64,000 nt of DNA, taken from positions 2,848,001-2,912,000 of the forward strand of contig CBDCGL010000011.1 in the NCBI GenBank assembly GCA_965216755.1, in the 5' to 3' direction. Shown here one piece after another: positions 11,623 to 21,269 of this stretch. The first letter of the stretch is position 1. Each line of letters begins with the position of its first letter. The DNA is from Alphaproteobacteria bacterium (GTDB lineage Bacteria > Pseudomonadota > Alphaproteobacteria > UBA7887). Under the pieces are notes generated by a model. It was given only the letters and a program-made list of their open reading frames with translations, had not been told where the DNA came from and searched no databases. The translations under genes were made by a program, and so were the position numbers.

Positions 11623-12495
11623 CTATGGCGCGGAGGGGCGCTCCGGTCCAGCCGCCTCGGCGTTGTCTCGCTCGACGATCGCGGCCGCCATGGGCGGATT
11701 GACGAACGGCATCGCCAGCATATGCCACAACCACTGAAGGCGTGGCTCGCGAATTTCCTTCAAGCCGATGGTCATGCCCAAATGGCCCGCCGCGGGCTGC
11801 GCGCGGTATGTGCCGAACAACCTGTCCCACCAGGGGAAGTTGAAACCGAAATTGCTGTTGGTTTCGGCCACCACGACCGAATGATGAACGCGGTGCATAT
11901 CGGGCGTGACAAGGAACAACCGCAATATTCGATCGACGTTGACCGGAATACGAACATTGCCGTGATTGAACATGGCGGTGGCGTTGAGCACCACTTCGAA
12001 AATCACCACGGCCACGGCGGGTGCGCCGATCACCATGACGGCAGCGATCTTCACCAACATCGACAACACGATCTCAATCGGGTGAAAGCGCGCGCCCGTG
12101 GTCAAGTCAATGTCTTGATCGGCGTGATGCATCATATGCAACCGCCACAAGGCGGGCACCGCGTGGAACATCACATGCTGCAAATAGATCACCATGTCGA
12201 GGGCCAAAACGGCCAGCGGTATCGCAATCCACGCCGGCCAGCCGAGCCAGTGCAGCACACCCCAGCCCTGCTCTTCCGCAACGCGCGCCATACCCACCGC
12301 GGCGATCACGAAGATCAGCCGCACAACGACCGTGTTGAGGACGACGATGGCAATGTTGTTCAGCCAACGCACACCCTTCGACACCGTCAAGGGCCGGCGC
12401 GGGATCACCCATTCGGCGACCGCGACGGCGACGAATATGCCGATGAAAGCGACCAGGCGGATCACCGGTTCGTTGGCGAGAATGAATGTTTCCAT
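11623..12495 (-). CDS. sterol desaturase / fatty acid hydroxylase family membrane protein
   Basis: His boxes HVMFH, HMMHH, FNHGN and HRVHH; TM helices; NFGFNFPWWDRLFGTY. Confidence 0.9.
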   Translation of the reverse strand: METFILANEPVIRLVAFIGIFVAVAVAEWVIPRRPLTVSKGVRWLNNIAIVVLNTVVVRLIFVIAAVGMARVAEEQGWGVLHWLGWPAWIAIPLAVLALDMVIYLQHVMFHAVPALWRLHMMHHADQDIDLTTGARFHPIEIVLSMLVKIAAVMVIGAPAVAVVIFEVVLNATAMFNHGNVRIPVNVDRILRLFLVTPDMHRVHHSVVVAETNSNFGFNFPWWDRLFGTYRAQPAAGHLGMTIGLKEIREPRLQWLWHMLAMPFVNPPMAAAIVERDNAEAAGPERPSAP

Positions 12496-12608
12496 GGCAG
12501 CCGCGATCGTGATGATTGGAGGCGCCTGATATGTAAGCCCTGCGGGCGATAATGAGAAGGTGCGTCACCAGCAATTGATCGAAGACGGCGTTGATCGCGA
12601 GGGGCCAC

Positions 12609-13253
12609 CTATCGTGATTGCGCGACCAGAATTCCCTGTGTGCCGGCTGGGGGTGGCGGCGTAACGACGCATGGCGGCGGCCTCAAATCATCGCGACACA
12701 GGGCGATGGGCCAAGCATCCGTGACACCCGCCGCGGCAAGCTGCCGAGAAAACCATGTTTCGCGACCGCCGATCGGCCCCGCCACCAAACGCACCGGCGA
12801 CGAAGGCCCGTGATCGGTGACGGAAATCGCCGTCGGCAAGCCCAACAATGAACGGCCGATATGGTAGGCATCGGCCGGCGCCTCAAACGTTCCCACAACG
12901 AAATATTCATCAGTGGCGGTTGGGCCACCCGGCGCAGGCAGCGACCGCGCGGATGTCCGATAAATCCCAGATACCGCACTGCCCGAGGGATCGTCGGTGC
13001 GGGCCGCCCATGTCGCACTACTGAGGCCATAGGGATTGTATTGACAGATCGCTTCGTCCTCGAGATAGCGGTGGACTTCGCAATCCTGTCCGGACACCGC
13101 CGACAAAACGTGGTCCGACGGGCCTTTGCCGGTGGTGATGAGGGTGGCCGAGCTGATCGCGGCCTGGGTCACGGGCGCCACGCAGCCGCCCAGAAACAGG
13201 GCAGCCATTACCAATACCGCATGTAAGGTTTTATGCGCAGCGCCACCATCCAT
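12609..13253 (-). CDS. hypothetical lipoprotein with possible degenerate SPOR-like C-terminal domain
   Basis: Lipobox LGGC; TGKGPSDHVLSAVSGQDC segment; C-terminal VGTF...RLVAGP...AAAGVTDAW resembles SPOR domains. Confidence 0.6.
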   Translation of the reverse strand: MDGGAAHKTLHAVLVMAALFLGGCVAPVTQAAISSATLITTGKGPSDHVLSAVSGQDCEVHRYLEDEAICQYNPYGLSSATWAARTDDPSGSAVSGIYRTSARSLPAPGGPTATDEYFVVGTFEAPADAYHIGRSLLGLPTAISVTDHGPSSPVRLVAGPIGGRETWFSRQLAAAGVTDAWPIALCRDDLRPPPCVVTPPPPAGTQGILVAQSR

Positions 13254-13334
13254 GGCGATCCATATAGAACGGGTCGCCCGAAATGGCGAGTGACCGGCGC
13301 CACGCCGCGTGGGCGTCGCGCTGTTACAATTTCG

Positions 13335-13366
13335 AGACTTAGAGCGTCAAAAGACTTAGAGCGTCA
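13335..13366. repeat. 15-bp direct repeat AGACTTAGAGCGTCA x2 (period 17) over the TerB-family stop codon
   Basis: Exact copies at 13335-13349 and 13352-13366. Confidence 0.9.
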
Positions 13367-13760
13367 TATGGCGGGCGCGGGCGCCGCGTTCGATGCCGGC
13401 GGCCGCCAGCCGATCGACGTCCAGCGCATGGCGCAGCAATTCCAGCAAGCGCGCTTCCTCTTGGCCAACATGGCCATCCGCCGCGGCGACGTCACAGGCC
13501 ACGGCATAGGCGGTTTCGGCAAGCTTGGCCGGCAAGCCAGAAACGATGCGATCGAGCACTTGATCGAGCCCGTCGTCGGTCGCCAAAGCTTCCGCGCAGG
13601 CGACGACTTCGTCGCTAAATCGGTCCGAATCATAATCACCGAAAATCGGCAAAAAACGGATCAACTCGGCGATACGGGACATCTCGTTGTCGGTCATGTC
13701 GCCGTCCGCGGCCGACATAATCACCATGGTGTGAATCAAAGCGGAGTGATGATCGAGCAT
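13356..13760 (-). CDS. TerB-family (tellurite resistance B-like) protein
   Basis: MSAADGDMTDNE...AYAVACDVAAADG...EARLLELLR pattern typical of TerB-like proteins. Confidence 0.85.
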   Translation of the reverse strand: MLDHHSALIHTMVIMSAADGDMTDNEMSRIAELIRFLPIFGDYDSDRFSDEVVACAEALATDDGLDQVLDRIVSGLPAKLAETAYAVACDVAAADGHVGQEEARLLELLRHALDVDRLAAAGIERGARARHMTL

Positions 13761-13850
13761 GTCATTCTCACTGCAAATCGTTGACGGCGGCGGGCGGCAT
13801 TTATGGCAGTTTCGGGCGCGCCGTCAACCGAGCAACTGGAAACGATGGGA

Positions 13851-16616
13851 TCAGGCGCGCGCCGCCATATGGTCGGCGACAAAGGTCCGGGTGATTTCGA
13901 CCGCTTCGGCGAGGCCGACCCGATGCGGGGCAACCCGATCCGGAAAGGCGCCGAACAGGCGTGTCGGGGTTGCCGGATCGAGCATCACAAAAACGCCAAA
14001 ATCATCGGCCCGACGCACAAGTCGGCCGAATGCCTGGCGTAGTTTGAATCGCACCAGCATGTCGTCATAGGCGCGGCCGCCCAAAGCCGCCCGACGGGCG
14101 CGGTGCAAGATATCGGGGCGCGGCCATGGCACGCGATCGAATACGATCAGGCGCAGCGCCTCGCCCGGCACGTCGACGCCGTCGCGCAATGCATCGGTGC
14201 CGAGCAGGCAGGTGCTGGGTTCGGCGCGAAAAACATCAACCAACGTGCCGGGATCCAAACCGTCGACATGTTGCGCCATGACCGTCAGGCCAGCGGCGTC
14301 GAGCGGCACTGCGATTCGCTCATAGGCCGCACGCAGGCGACGAATGGCCGTAAACAGGCCGAGCGCGCCGCCGTTCGCGGCACCGAACAAGACCCGATAC
14401 GCGGCGGCGACCTGGTCCGGATCGTTGCGATTGACATCCGTGACAACCATCACGCGTGTCGCCGCCGCATAGTCGAACGGCGATGGCAGCGCGGCGCGGA
14501 TTGCGGGGCGGGCCAAATGGCGCGTCCCCACGCGGATCTCGGCGGCGCGCCAATCGTGTTCCGGATCGCCGGTGCCGTCGCGCAGGGTCGCCGAGGTAAC
14601 CACCACGCCGTGGGCGTGACTGAGCACCGCTTCGGCAAACGGCACCGTCGGGTCGACCCAATGCCGGTGCAAGCCAACGTCGCGCTGACGACCGACGCGG
14701 TCGATGGAGAACCAGTCGCTGTACGCGTCATCCGGATCAGCATCCAGAGCCTTCAACATGTGCCGCCAGGGCTCGACCAAATGGACACGACGACGCCACA
14801 GTGACCGGGCGACGGCTTCGATGCGCACCCGGGTCGCGCTATCCAGATTGTCGGCTTCGTTGTCGAGCCGCGACAACAGCAGCGACTCAAGCTTGGCCAT
14901 TGGCGTGGCCAAACCGTTTAGACTTGAGGCCAGGCGTTGGGCGGCCGGGATCAGTCCGTCAATTGGCGGCCGGGTCTCTGTTTCGATCGCGTACGCGCCA
15001 TCGTCGTCGGCGCGCGCGCTGGCCTGTTGATGAACCGCGCACAGGAATGCTTCGGCCGTCCCACGCGGCTGGCGTTCGTTGACCCGCGACCACCAACCAT
15101 CTGCCGGCAATGCCCGCGCGGCGGACAGTACTTGCGCCAGCATATCGGCGGCGTCTTGATCGTCCAGCAATCCGTCGAGCCGGCGTTTCAGACCGCGCGC
15201 CCGCCCCCGGCGCCCCCCTTCCATACCCAAAAGCCAGCGCCGCAATTCATGCGCTTCAATACCGGTCAGATGCCCGGAGAACGCCGAATCGGCGGCGGCG
15301 AACACGTGATGGCCTTCATCGAATACATAGCGCGTCGGCTTGAAGGTTTCGTCATGGCCGGTCGCGGCATGAACCATCACCAGAGCATGATTGGCGATGA
15401 CGATATCGGCCTGGCGGGCGCGACGCACCGCCCGTTCGACGAAGCATTTGCGATAGTGCGGGCAGGCCGAATGGATGCATTCGCCGCGCTGATCGGCCAA
15501 ACCAAAGGTGCGCCGCCGACCCAACAGATCGACCAGCCAGGCGGGAAAGTCGCCGCCGACCATATCGCCGTCTTGCGTCGCGCCGACCCAACGGGCCATC
15601 AAGCCCAAGGCGATACCGTCGGGCTGGGCGCTGGTCGCCAGACGGCCAACCGCTTCCTCGAAATTCAGCAGACAGAGATAGTTCTCGCGCCCCTTGCGCA
15701 CCACCACCCGTCGCGCTTTTTCCGCCGGATCGGAAAACAAACGGTCCAATTCGCGATTGATTTGTCGTTGTAGATTCTTGGTATAGGTCGACAGCCACAC
15801 CGCGCCACCGTTTTTCTGCGCCCAAATACTGGCCGGCGCGATGTAGCCCAGGGTTTTGCCAACACCCGTGCCGGCTTCCGCCAACACCACATGCGGTTCC
15901 CCAGCTGCATCGGCGGGCGCAAAAGCGAAACTTACCGCAGACGCGTAGTCGGCCTGTTCCGGCCGCGGCTCGGCGTCGGCGCCCAGCAGGTCGGCCAACC
16001 GCCGGCGCGCCTCATCGGGGGAAACGTCAAAATGGCTGGGCGCGCTTTCCGGCGGTTGGTCAGTCCATTCGTCGAGACGCGCCCAAGGATCCAAACCGCC
16101 CTTATCCGCGGGCACGCCCAACGCCCGCAGGACAAGGCTGGCCCACGGCCAACCATGTTCAGCCAGGCGCGCGGCAACCGCCGCCGTTGCGGCCCGACTC
16201 GGATAGTGCGGCGTGGCCAGTTCACCGATCAGCGCCGCGGCGGCGGCACCCATAGCCTGGACCTGGTCCTCTAGAGTGACAGGCAAATTCAACCCCGTCG
16301 TCGCCGCCAGGCCGCGCACGGTCGGCAAACAAAAGGACGCCGGGCGAACAAACGCAAGTAACTCCAAAACGTCATAGGCGGGAAAGGGGTCGATTCCCAA
16401 GCGCCGTGCCAATGCGCTGCCGTGACATACGATCGGAGTCGCTTGCGCGATCCAGCCACGCGCCGCGCGCGGCGATATCAGTTGCAGCTCGCCATCGGGC
16501 GACAGGGTAGCCACGCCGCGCGGCCCGGCGACCACCAGCGGCGTGGCTGGCAGTGTCACCGAACGGTCAGACGGACAAGAACTCGAATTGGCGTCTTCCG
16601 GGGGGTCGGCATCCAT
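13851..16616 (-). CDS. DinG/YoaA-family ATP-dependent DNA helicase
   Basis: EAGTGVGKT, RKGRENYLC, Fe-S cysteines (CIHSACPHYRKC), FDEGHH, TSATL and QAFGRLVR motifs; start MDADPP is an estimate. Confidence 0.93.
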   Translation of the reverse strand: MDADPPEDANSSSCPSDRSVTLPATPLVVAGPRGVATLSPDGELQLISPRAARGWIAQATPIVCHGSALARRLGIDPFPAYDVLELLAFVRPASFCLPTVRGLAATTGLNLPVTLEDQVQAMGAAAAALIGELATPHYPSRAATAAVAARLAEHGWPWASLVLRALGVPADKGGLDPWARLDEWTDQPPESAPSHFDVSPDEARRRLADLLGADAEPRPEQADYASAVSFAFAPADAAGEPHVVLAEAGTGVGKTLGYIAPASIWAQKNGGAVWLSTYTKNLQRQINRELDRLFSDPAEKARRVVVRKGRENYLCLLNFEEAVGRLATSAQPDGIALGLMARWVGATQDGDMVGGDFPAWLVDLLGRRRTFGLADQRGECIHSACPHYRKCFVERAVRRARQADIVIANHALVMVHAATGHDETFKPTRYVFDEGHHVFAAADSAFSGHLTGIEAHELRRWLLGMEGGRRGRARGLKRRLDGLLDDQDAADMLAQVLSAARALPADGWWSRVNERQPRGTAEAFLCAVHQQASARADDDGAYAIETETRPPIDGLIPAAQRLASSLNGLATPMAKLESLLLSRLDNEADNLDSATRVRIEAVARSLWRRRVHLVEPWRHMLKALDADPDDAYSDWFSIDRVGRQRDVGLHRHWVDPTVPFAEAVLSHAHGVVVTSATLRDGTGDPEHDWRAAEIRVGTRHLARPAIRAALPSPFDYAAATRVMVVTDVNRNDPDQVAAAYRVLFGAANGGALGLFTAIRRLRAAYERIAVPLDAAGLTVMAQHVDGLDPGTLVDVFRAEPSTCLLGTDALRDGVDVPGEALRLIVFDRVPWPRPDILHRARRAALGGRAYDDMLVRFKLRQAFGRLVRRADDFGVFVMLDPATPTRLFGAFPDRVAPHRVGLAEAVEITRTFVADHMAARA

Positions 16617-16738
16617 GGCCGGAGTATAAGGGGCGGGCCGGCTCCAGACCACGTTCCATGGATTGACGCCGCCGCCGCCCGCACCTAGGGTCGCGGCGCA
16701 GACGATGTGGCGAGAAACACAGCGAGAGGCAAACCCAT

Positions 16739-18331
16739 ATGGCGGATTTGCGCGGCCTGGGCATGGACAGCAAGGCCTGGCCATTTGTCGAGGCACGGCG
16801 GATTCTGAACCATATCGGCGGCACGACGCCGGCGAAAGGTTATGTACTTTTTGAAACCGGCTATGGACCGTCGGGCCTACCCCACATCGGCACGTTCGGC
16901 GAAGTGGCGCGGACCACCATGGTGCGCCACGCCTTTCATACCTTGAGCGATATTCCGACCCATCTGATCGCGTTCTCCGACGACATGGATGGCCTGCGCA
17001 AGGTGCCAGACAACATACCCAACCAGGACCTTGTCGGCGCCCATTTGGGCAAGCCGCTGACCGCCATACCGGATCCGTTTGGCACCCACGACAGCTTCGG
17101 TGCGCACAACAATGCCCGCTTGCGCGCGTTCCTGGATGCGTTTGGCTTCGATTATGAGTTCAAAAGCGCGACCGACTGTTACAAATCGGGCGACTTCGAC
17201 GATACGCTGCGGGCGGTGTTGCAGCACTATGACGCGGTGACCAACGTCATCCTGCCGACGCTCGGACCCGAACGGCGCACCACCTATTCACCGTTTCTGC
17301 CGGTGAGCCCGGCAACCGGACAAGTGCTGCAAGTCCCGCTCATCGCGCGTGACCCGGACGCAGGCACGATCACCTTTGAGGACGTCGACGGACGCACGGT
17401 CGAAACACCGGTCACGGGCGGCCATTGTAAGCTGCAATGGAAAGCCGATTGGGCGATGCGCTGGGTGGCGTTGAACGTGGACTACGAGATGTCCGGCAAG
17501 GACCTGATCCCGTCCGTCGAATTGTCGAGCAAGATTTGTCGCGTGCTTGGCGGGCGGCCGCCCGAGAACCTGACCTATGAGCTGTTTCTCGACGAAACCG
17601 GTCAGAAGATTTCGAAATCCAAAGGCAATGGCCTGACCATCGACGAATGGCTGCGCTATGGCTCGCGCGAAAGCCTGTCGCTGTACATGTTTATGAGCCC
17701 GCGCAAAGCCAAACGGCTATATTTCGACGTGATCCCGCGCCATGTCGACGACTACCTCACGCATTTGGGCAAATATCCCGACCAGGACCCCGACGCCCAG
17801 TTGGCCAATCCAGTGTGGCATATCCACAGCGGCCAGCCGCCGGTGCAAGCGGTGCCGCTCAGCTTTAGTATCTTGCTGAACCTGGCCAGCGTCTGTAACA
17901 CCGAGGACAAGGCCGTGTTGTGGGGCTTCATCAGCCGCTATGCGCCAGACGCCACGCCGGCGACCAATCCCATGCTCGATGAATTGGTCGGCTATGCAAT
18001 CGCCTACTATCAAGATTTCGTCAAACCGACCAAGCACTATCGACCGCCGGCGGACGATGAACATGCGGCGCTGCGTGATCTGGCAAAGACTTTGACCGGC
18101 CTGCCGAAAGATGCCGACGCTGCAGCGATCCAAACCGAGGTGTACGAAGTCGGCAAACGCCACGGGTTCGCCGAATTGCGGCAATGGTTCAAGGCATTGT
18201 ATGAAATCCTGCTGGGACAAGACCAAGGCCCGCGCATGGGGTCGTTTATCGCCCTGTATGGCCGGGCGGAAACCGTTGCCTTGATCGATCGCGTACTCGC
18301 CGGAGAGGCCATCGGCGCGGAATCGGAATAG
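16739..18331 (+). CDS. lysS: class I lysyl-tRNA synthetase
   Basis: [21 protein letters not shown] (HIGH-like), KISKSKGN (KMSKS-like) and GPRMGSF motifs. Confidence 0.96.
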   Translation: MADLRGLGMDSKAWPFVEARRILNHIGGTTPAKGYVLFETGYGPSGLPHIGTFGEVARTTMVRHAFHTLSDIPTHLIAFSDDMDGLRKVPDNIPNQDLVGAHLGKPLTAIPDPFGTHDSFGAHNNARLRAFLDAFGFDYEFKSATDCYKSGDFDDTLRAVLQHYDAVTNVILPTLGPERRTTYSPFLPVSPATGQVLQVPLIARDPDAGTITFEDVDGRTVETPVTGGHCKLQWKADWAMRWVALNVDYEMSGKDLIPSVELSSKICRVLGGRPPENLTYELFLDETGQKISKSKGNGLTIDEWLRYGSRESLSLYMFMSPRKAKRLYFDVIPRHVDDYLTHLGKYPDQDPDAQLANPVWHIHSGQPPVQAVPLSFSILLNLASVCNTEDKAVLWGFISRYAPDATPATNPMLDELVGYAIAYYQDFVKPTKHYRPPADDEHAALRDLAKTLTGLPKDADAAAIQTEVYEVGKRHGFAELRQWFKALYEILLGQDQGPRMGSFIALYGRAETVALIDRVLAGEAIGAESE

Positions 18332-18348
18332 CCTCGGGCGGCGCCACA

Positions 18349-19287
18349 ATGGCATATGCCAACATGGACGGCGGCTCGGGCCGCGCCGGCATCGCCAAGA
18401 TATTGCGATGGAAACTGGGTTGGCACGGTGAACGTCGCGCGGTTTCGCCACGCCGCGGCGTGCCCGTGTCGGCCATCGACAATGACGGCGTCGCATTACG
18501 CCCGGCGACCCGTGATGCGTTGACCTGGATCGGCCACGCCACGTTTCTGGTGCAACTTGGCGGCCGCTCGATTTTGATCGATCCGGTGCTGTCGCCGTCG
18601 ATCGCCGGTTTTATCCCGCGCAATGTCGCGCCGGGTCTTGACTGGTCGGCCTTGCCCAAAATCGATGCGGTGTTGATCACCCACAATCATCGCGATCACA
18701 TGGACGCGGCGACCCTGCGCAAGCTTGGGCCAGGGCCAATTTATGTCGTGCCACGCGGGCTCGGTGGCTGGTTTGGCCGCGCCGGCCTGGACCGCGTGGT
18801 CGAGATGGCCTGGTGGCAGCAGGAGGCGATCGCCGGCTTGGAGGTGACCTTTGTGCCCGCCCAACATTGGAGCCGGCGCGGGGTGTTTGACACCAACACC
18901 AGCTGGTGGGGCGGCTATGTCATCGGCCATGACGGCCTTCGTGTTTATCACTCGGGCGATACCGGATGGTTCAGCGGTTTCGCCGAGATCGGCGGCCGGT
19001 GCGGGCCGATTGACGCCGCCATGCTGCCGATCGGTGCCTACGCACCGCGCTGGTTCATGCGCCCGCAACACATCGATCCCGAGGAAGCGGTCGCCGCGTT
19101 CGAAGCGCTGGGCGCGGCTCGCTTTGTCGCCATGCATTGGGGCACGTTCAAGCTCACCGACGAGGATCTTTCCGAGCCACCCCAATGGCTGCGCCACGTG
19201 TGGGCGCGCGAAAATCTGCCCGAAGGACCGCTAGCAATCCCCGCGATCGGCGAAACCATTTGGTTAAACCGGACGACAGGCAGGTAA
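18349..19287 (+). CDS. MBL-fold metallohydrolase (NAPE-PLD/RomA-like)
   Basis: TWIGHAT, THNHRDH, PAQHWSRR, HSGDTG, LPIGAY and MHWGTF motifs. Confidence 0.9.
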   Translation: MAYANMDGGSGRAGIAKILRWKLGWHGERRAVSPRRGVPVSAIDNDGVALRPATRDALTWIGHATFLVQLGGRSILIDPVLSPSIAGFIPRNVAPGLDWSALPKIDAVLITHNHRDHMDAATLRKLGPGPIYVVPRGLGGWFGRAGLDRVVEMAWWQQEAIAGLEVTFVPAQHWSRRGVFDTNTSWWGGYVIGHDGLRVYHSGDTGWFSGFAEIGGRCGPIDAAMLPIGAYAPRWFMRPQHIDPEEAVAAFEALGAARFVAMHWGTFKLTDEDLSEPPQWLRHVWARENLPEGPLAIPAIGETIWLNRTTGR

Positions 19288-19374
19288 CCGACCACTATTC
19301 GTCCCGCTCGTCAAAAGGGTGCAAACCTTTCAAGATAGTTCCTGGCCATTCGCCACACGTTGAAGAGGGCCGCC

Positions 19375-20649
19375 ATGAATCATGTCGTTGTGCGCCTTGC
19401 GTTGCTGTTGACCCTGGGTTGGGCGACGGATGGTCCGGTCATGGCCCAGGAACCACGGATCGCCTTGGTGATCGGCAATTCGGGTTATGTCGCCATTCCG
19501 GCGCTCGCCAATCCGAAGAACGACGCCGCGTTGATCGGCGGCGCCTTGCGCGATGTCGGTTTTGACGTGGCCCTGATCACCGATGCCGACCGCGCCACCA
19601 TGGCGCGCGAGATCGCGGCGTTCGGCCGACGCTTGGAAAGTGCCGGACGTGGCGCCGTTGGTCTGTTTTATTTCGCCGGCCACGGGGTCGAAGCGGCCGG
19701 TATCAACTATCTTTTGCCGATCGGCGGCGCCATTCAAACCGAAGCCGACCTTTATGGCGAGGCCATCAGCGCCTCGTGGGTGCTCGGGCAGATGGAATAC
19801 GCCGCCAACGACCTGAACATCATCGTGTTGGACGCCTGCCGCAACAATCCGTTCAAGCGCTCATTCCGCGCCGTCAGCAATGGCTTGGCGCGCATGGACG
19901 CGCCGCGCGGCTCGTTGCTCGCCTATGCGGCCGCGCCGGGTCAGCTGGCCGAAGACGGTCTGGGAGCCAATTCAACCTATTCCTTGGCGCTGGCCAATGC
20001 GATCGCCACGCCGGGGTTGAAACTGGAGGATGTGTTCAAGCAGGTGCGGGTCAAGGTGGAAACGGTGACGCAGATCGGCCAGACACCCTGGGAAGAAAGC
20101 TCGTTGCGGGGCGATTTCTATTTCATCGCGCCAGAGGTCAATATCACGATCAACCCGACGCCACCGCCGGCCGGCCCCAGTGACGACGCGCTCTATTGGC
20201 AATCGATCAAGGATAGCGACGACCCGGCGCTTTACGCGCTTTATCTAGAGCAGTTCCCCGATGGCACATTCGCCGATTTGGCGCGCTACAAGCTCGACAA
20301 CCTCCGCCCCACGGCCGACGAAAAGGCCGCGCCGTCGCCACCGCGCGCAGGTCCCGTCACTGTTGCCCAGACCAGCCGCTATCTCGGCCAAGACGACGCA
20401 GGCGACGGCCGCTGGGCGTGGGAAATCCATCTAGAGGACACGGCCGCCAGTCTCGACCAGGTCCGAAACGTCACATATTACTTGCACCCGACCTTTCCCA
20501 ATCCGCGCCGGCAAGTCAGCGACCGCGCAAGCGGATTTCAGCTTGAAACCAGCGGTTGGGGCACGTTTATGGTCGAGTTGGATATTCAGTTTGCCGATGG
20601 GCGGGTTGAACGGCGCCATCACCAATTGGTATTCGACACCGAGCGGTAA
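19375..20649 (+). CDS. secreted caspase-family (C14) peptidase with C-terminal prokaryotic YEATS domain
   Basis: Signal peptide; RIALVIGNSGY, FYFAGHG (His) and IVLDACRNNP (Cys); C-terminal VTYYLHPTFPNP...TSGWGTF. Confidence 0.88.
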   Translation: MNHVVVRLALLLTLGWATDGPVMAQEPRIALVIGNSGYVAIPALANPKNDAALIGGALRDVGFDVALITDADRATMAREIAAFGRRLESAGRGAVGLFYFAGHGVEAAGINYLLPIGGAIQTEADLYGEAISASWVLGQMEYAANDLNIIVLDACRNNPFKRSFRAVSNGLARMDAPRGSLLAYAAAPGQLAEDGLGANSTYSLALANAIATPGLKLEDVFKQVRVKVETVTQIGQTPWEESSLRGDFYFIAPEVNITINPTPPPAGPSDDALYWQSIKDSDDPALYALYLEQFPDGTFADLARYKLDNLRPTADEKAAPSPPRAGPVTVAQTSRYLGQDDAGDGRWAWEIHLEDTAASLDQVRNVTYYLHPTFPNPRRQVSDRASGFQLETSGWGTFMVELDIQFADGRVERRHHQLVFDTER

Positions 20650-20661
20650 CCACGACCGGCG

Positions 20662-21219
20662 TCAGTAATCGCCTTTTTTGCCAACGCCGATGAAATTGAA
20701 CGTGCCGGTATAGACGATCGGGTCCCACCACGACGCAACGCCGGTCTCTTCATCGGTGTGGCGCATGAAATGTTCGCCCGCCGGCGGCCGGATCTCGAAC
20801 GACACCTCGTAGGTGCCGGGTCCGTCGAGCGCGACATTGACGCCGTAATGTGGCCCGTCGGACGCGACCATGGGATGCAGCATGCCCGATGTGGTCCAAT
20901 CGCTGCCCTCCCTGCGCAAGGCAAAGCCAATGGAAAGATAAGGAATCCAGTCGCCGGCTCCGAACCCGTTGGGGTTACCGTCGAGCGCGTGAATATCGGC
21001 TTCGAGATGAATATCGGTCGCGGTGGCGTCTTGGGCGGCCATCGCCGGTTCCATTTCCACCGGCTGCAAATAAATGCCGGCGATCTCCATGCCAGCGACC
21101 TCGACCGGGTCACCAGCCGGGAATTCGTCGGCGACGGCCGCGCCGCCAAAGGTGACCGCCGCGAGGGCGGCCGCCGGCCACCGGTTAAGCACCATCATCT
21201 TGCGCATTTTTGTTTTCAT
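20662..21219 (-). CDS. periplasmic Fe2+/Cu-binding protein, P19/Tp34/FtrA family
   Basis: YLQPVEMEP, IHLEADIHA, NGFGAGDWIPYL, PMVASDGPHYG and RHTDEETGV motifs; signal peptide. Start is an estimate. Confidence 0.92.
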   Translation of the reverse strand: MKTKMRKMMVLNRWPAAALAAVTFGGAAVADEFPAGDPVEVAGMEIAGIYLQPVEMEPAMAAQDATATDIHLEADIHALDGNPNGFGAGDWIPYLSIGFALRREGSDWTTSGMLHPMVASDGPHYGVNVALDGPGTYEVSFEIRPPAGEHFMRHTDEETGVASWWDPIVYTGTFNFIGVGKKGDY

Positions 21220-21269
21220 ACCATTCATAGCCGTGATTGCTAAATCGATAGCCGTGTAACCAAACATGC

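Noticed and set aside
12545-12598. GATAATGAG (Fur half-site) and two TTGATCG (FNR half-sites) upstream of the desaturase gene
   Set aside because: Half-sites only, without correctly spaced partner arms.
16621-16660. Possible alphaproteobacterial LexA box upstream of the DinG-family gene
   Set aside because: GCTC-N8-GTTC has a mismatch and the wrong spacing relative to GTTC-N7-GTTC.
16739-18331. 'Archaeal-type' class I LysRS as a sign of horizontal transfer
   Set aside because: Class I LysRS is normal in many alphaproteobacteria.
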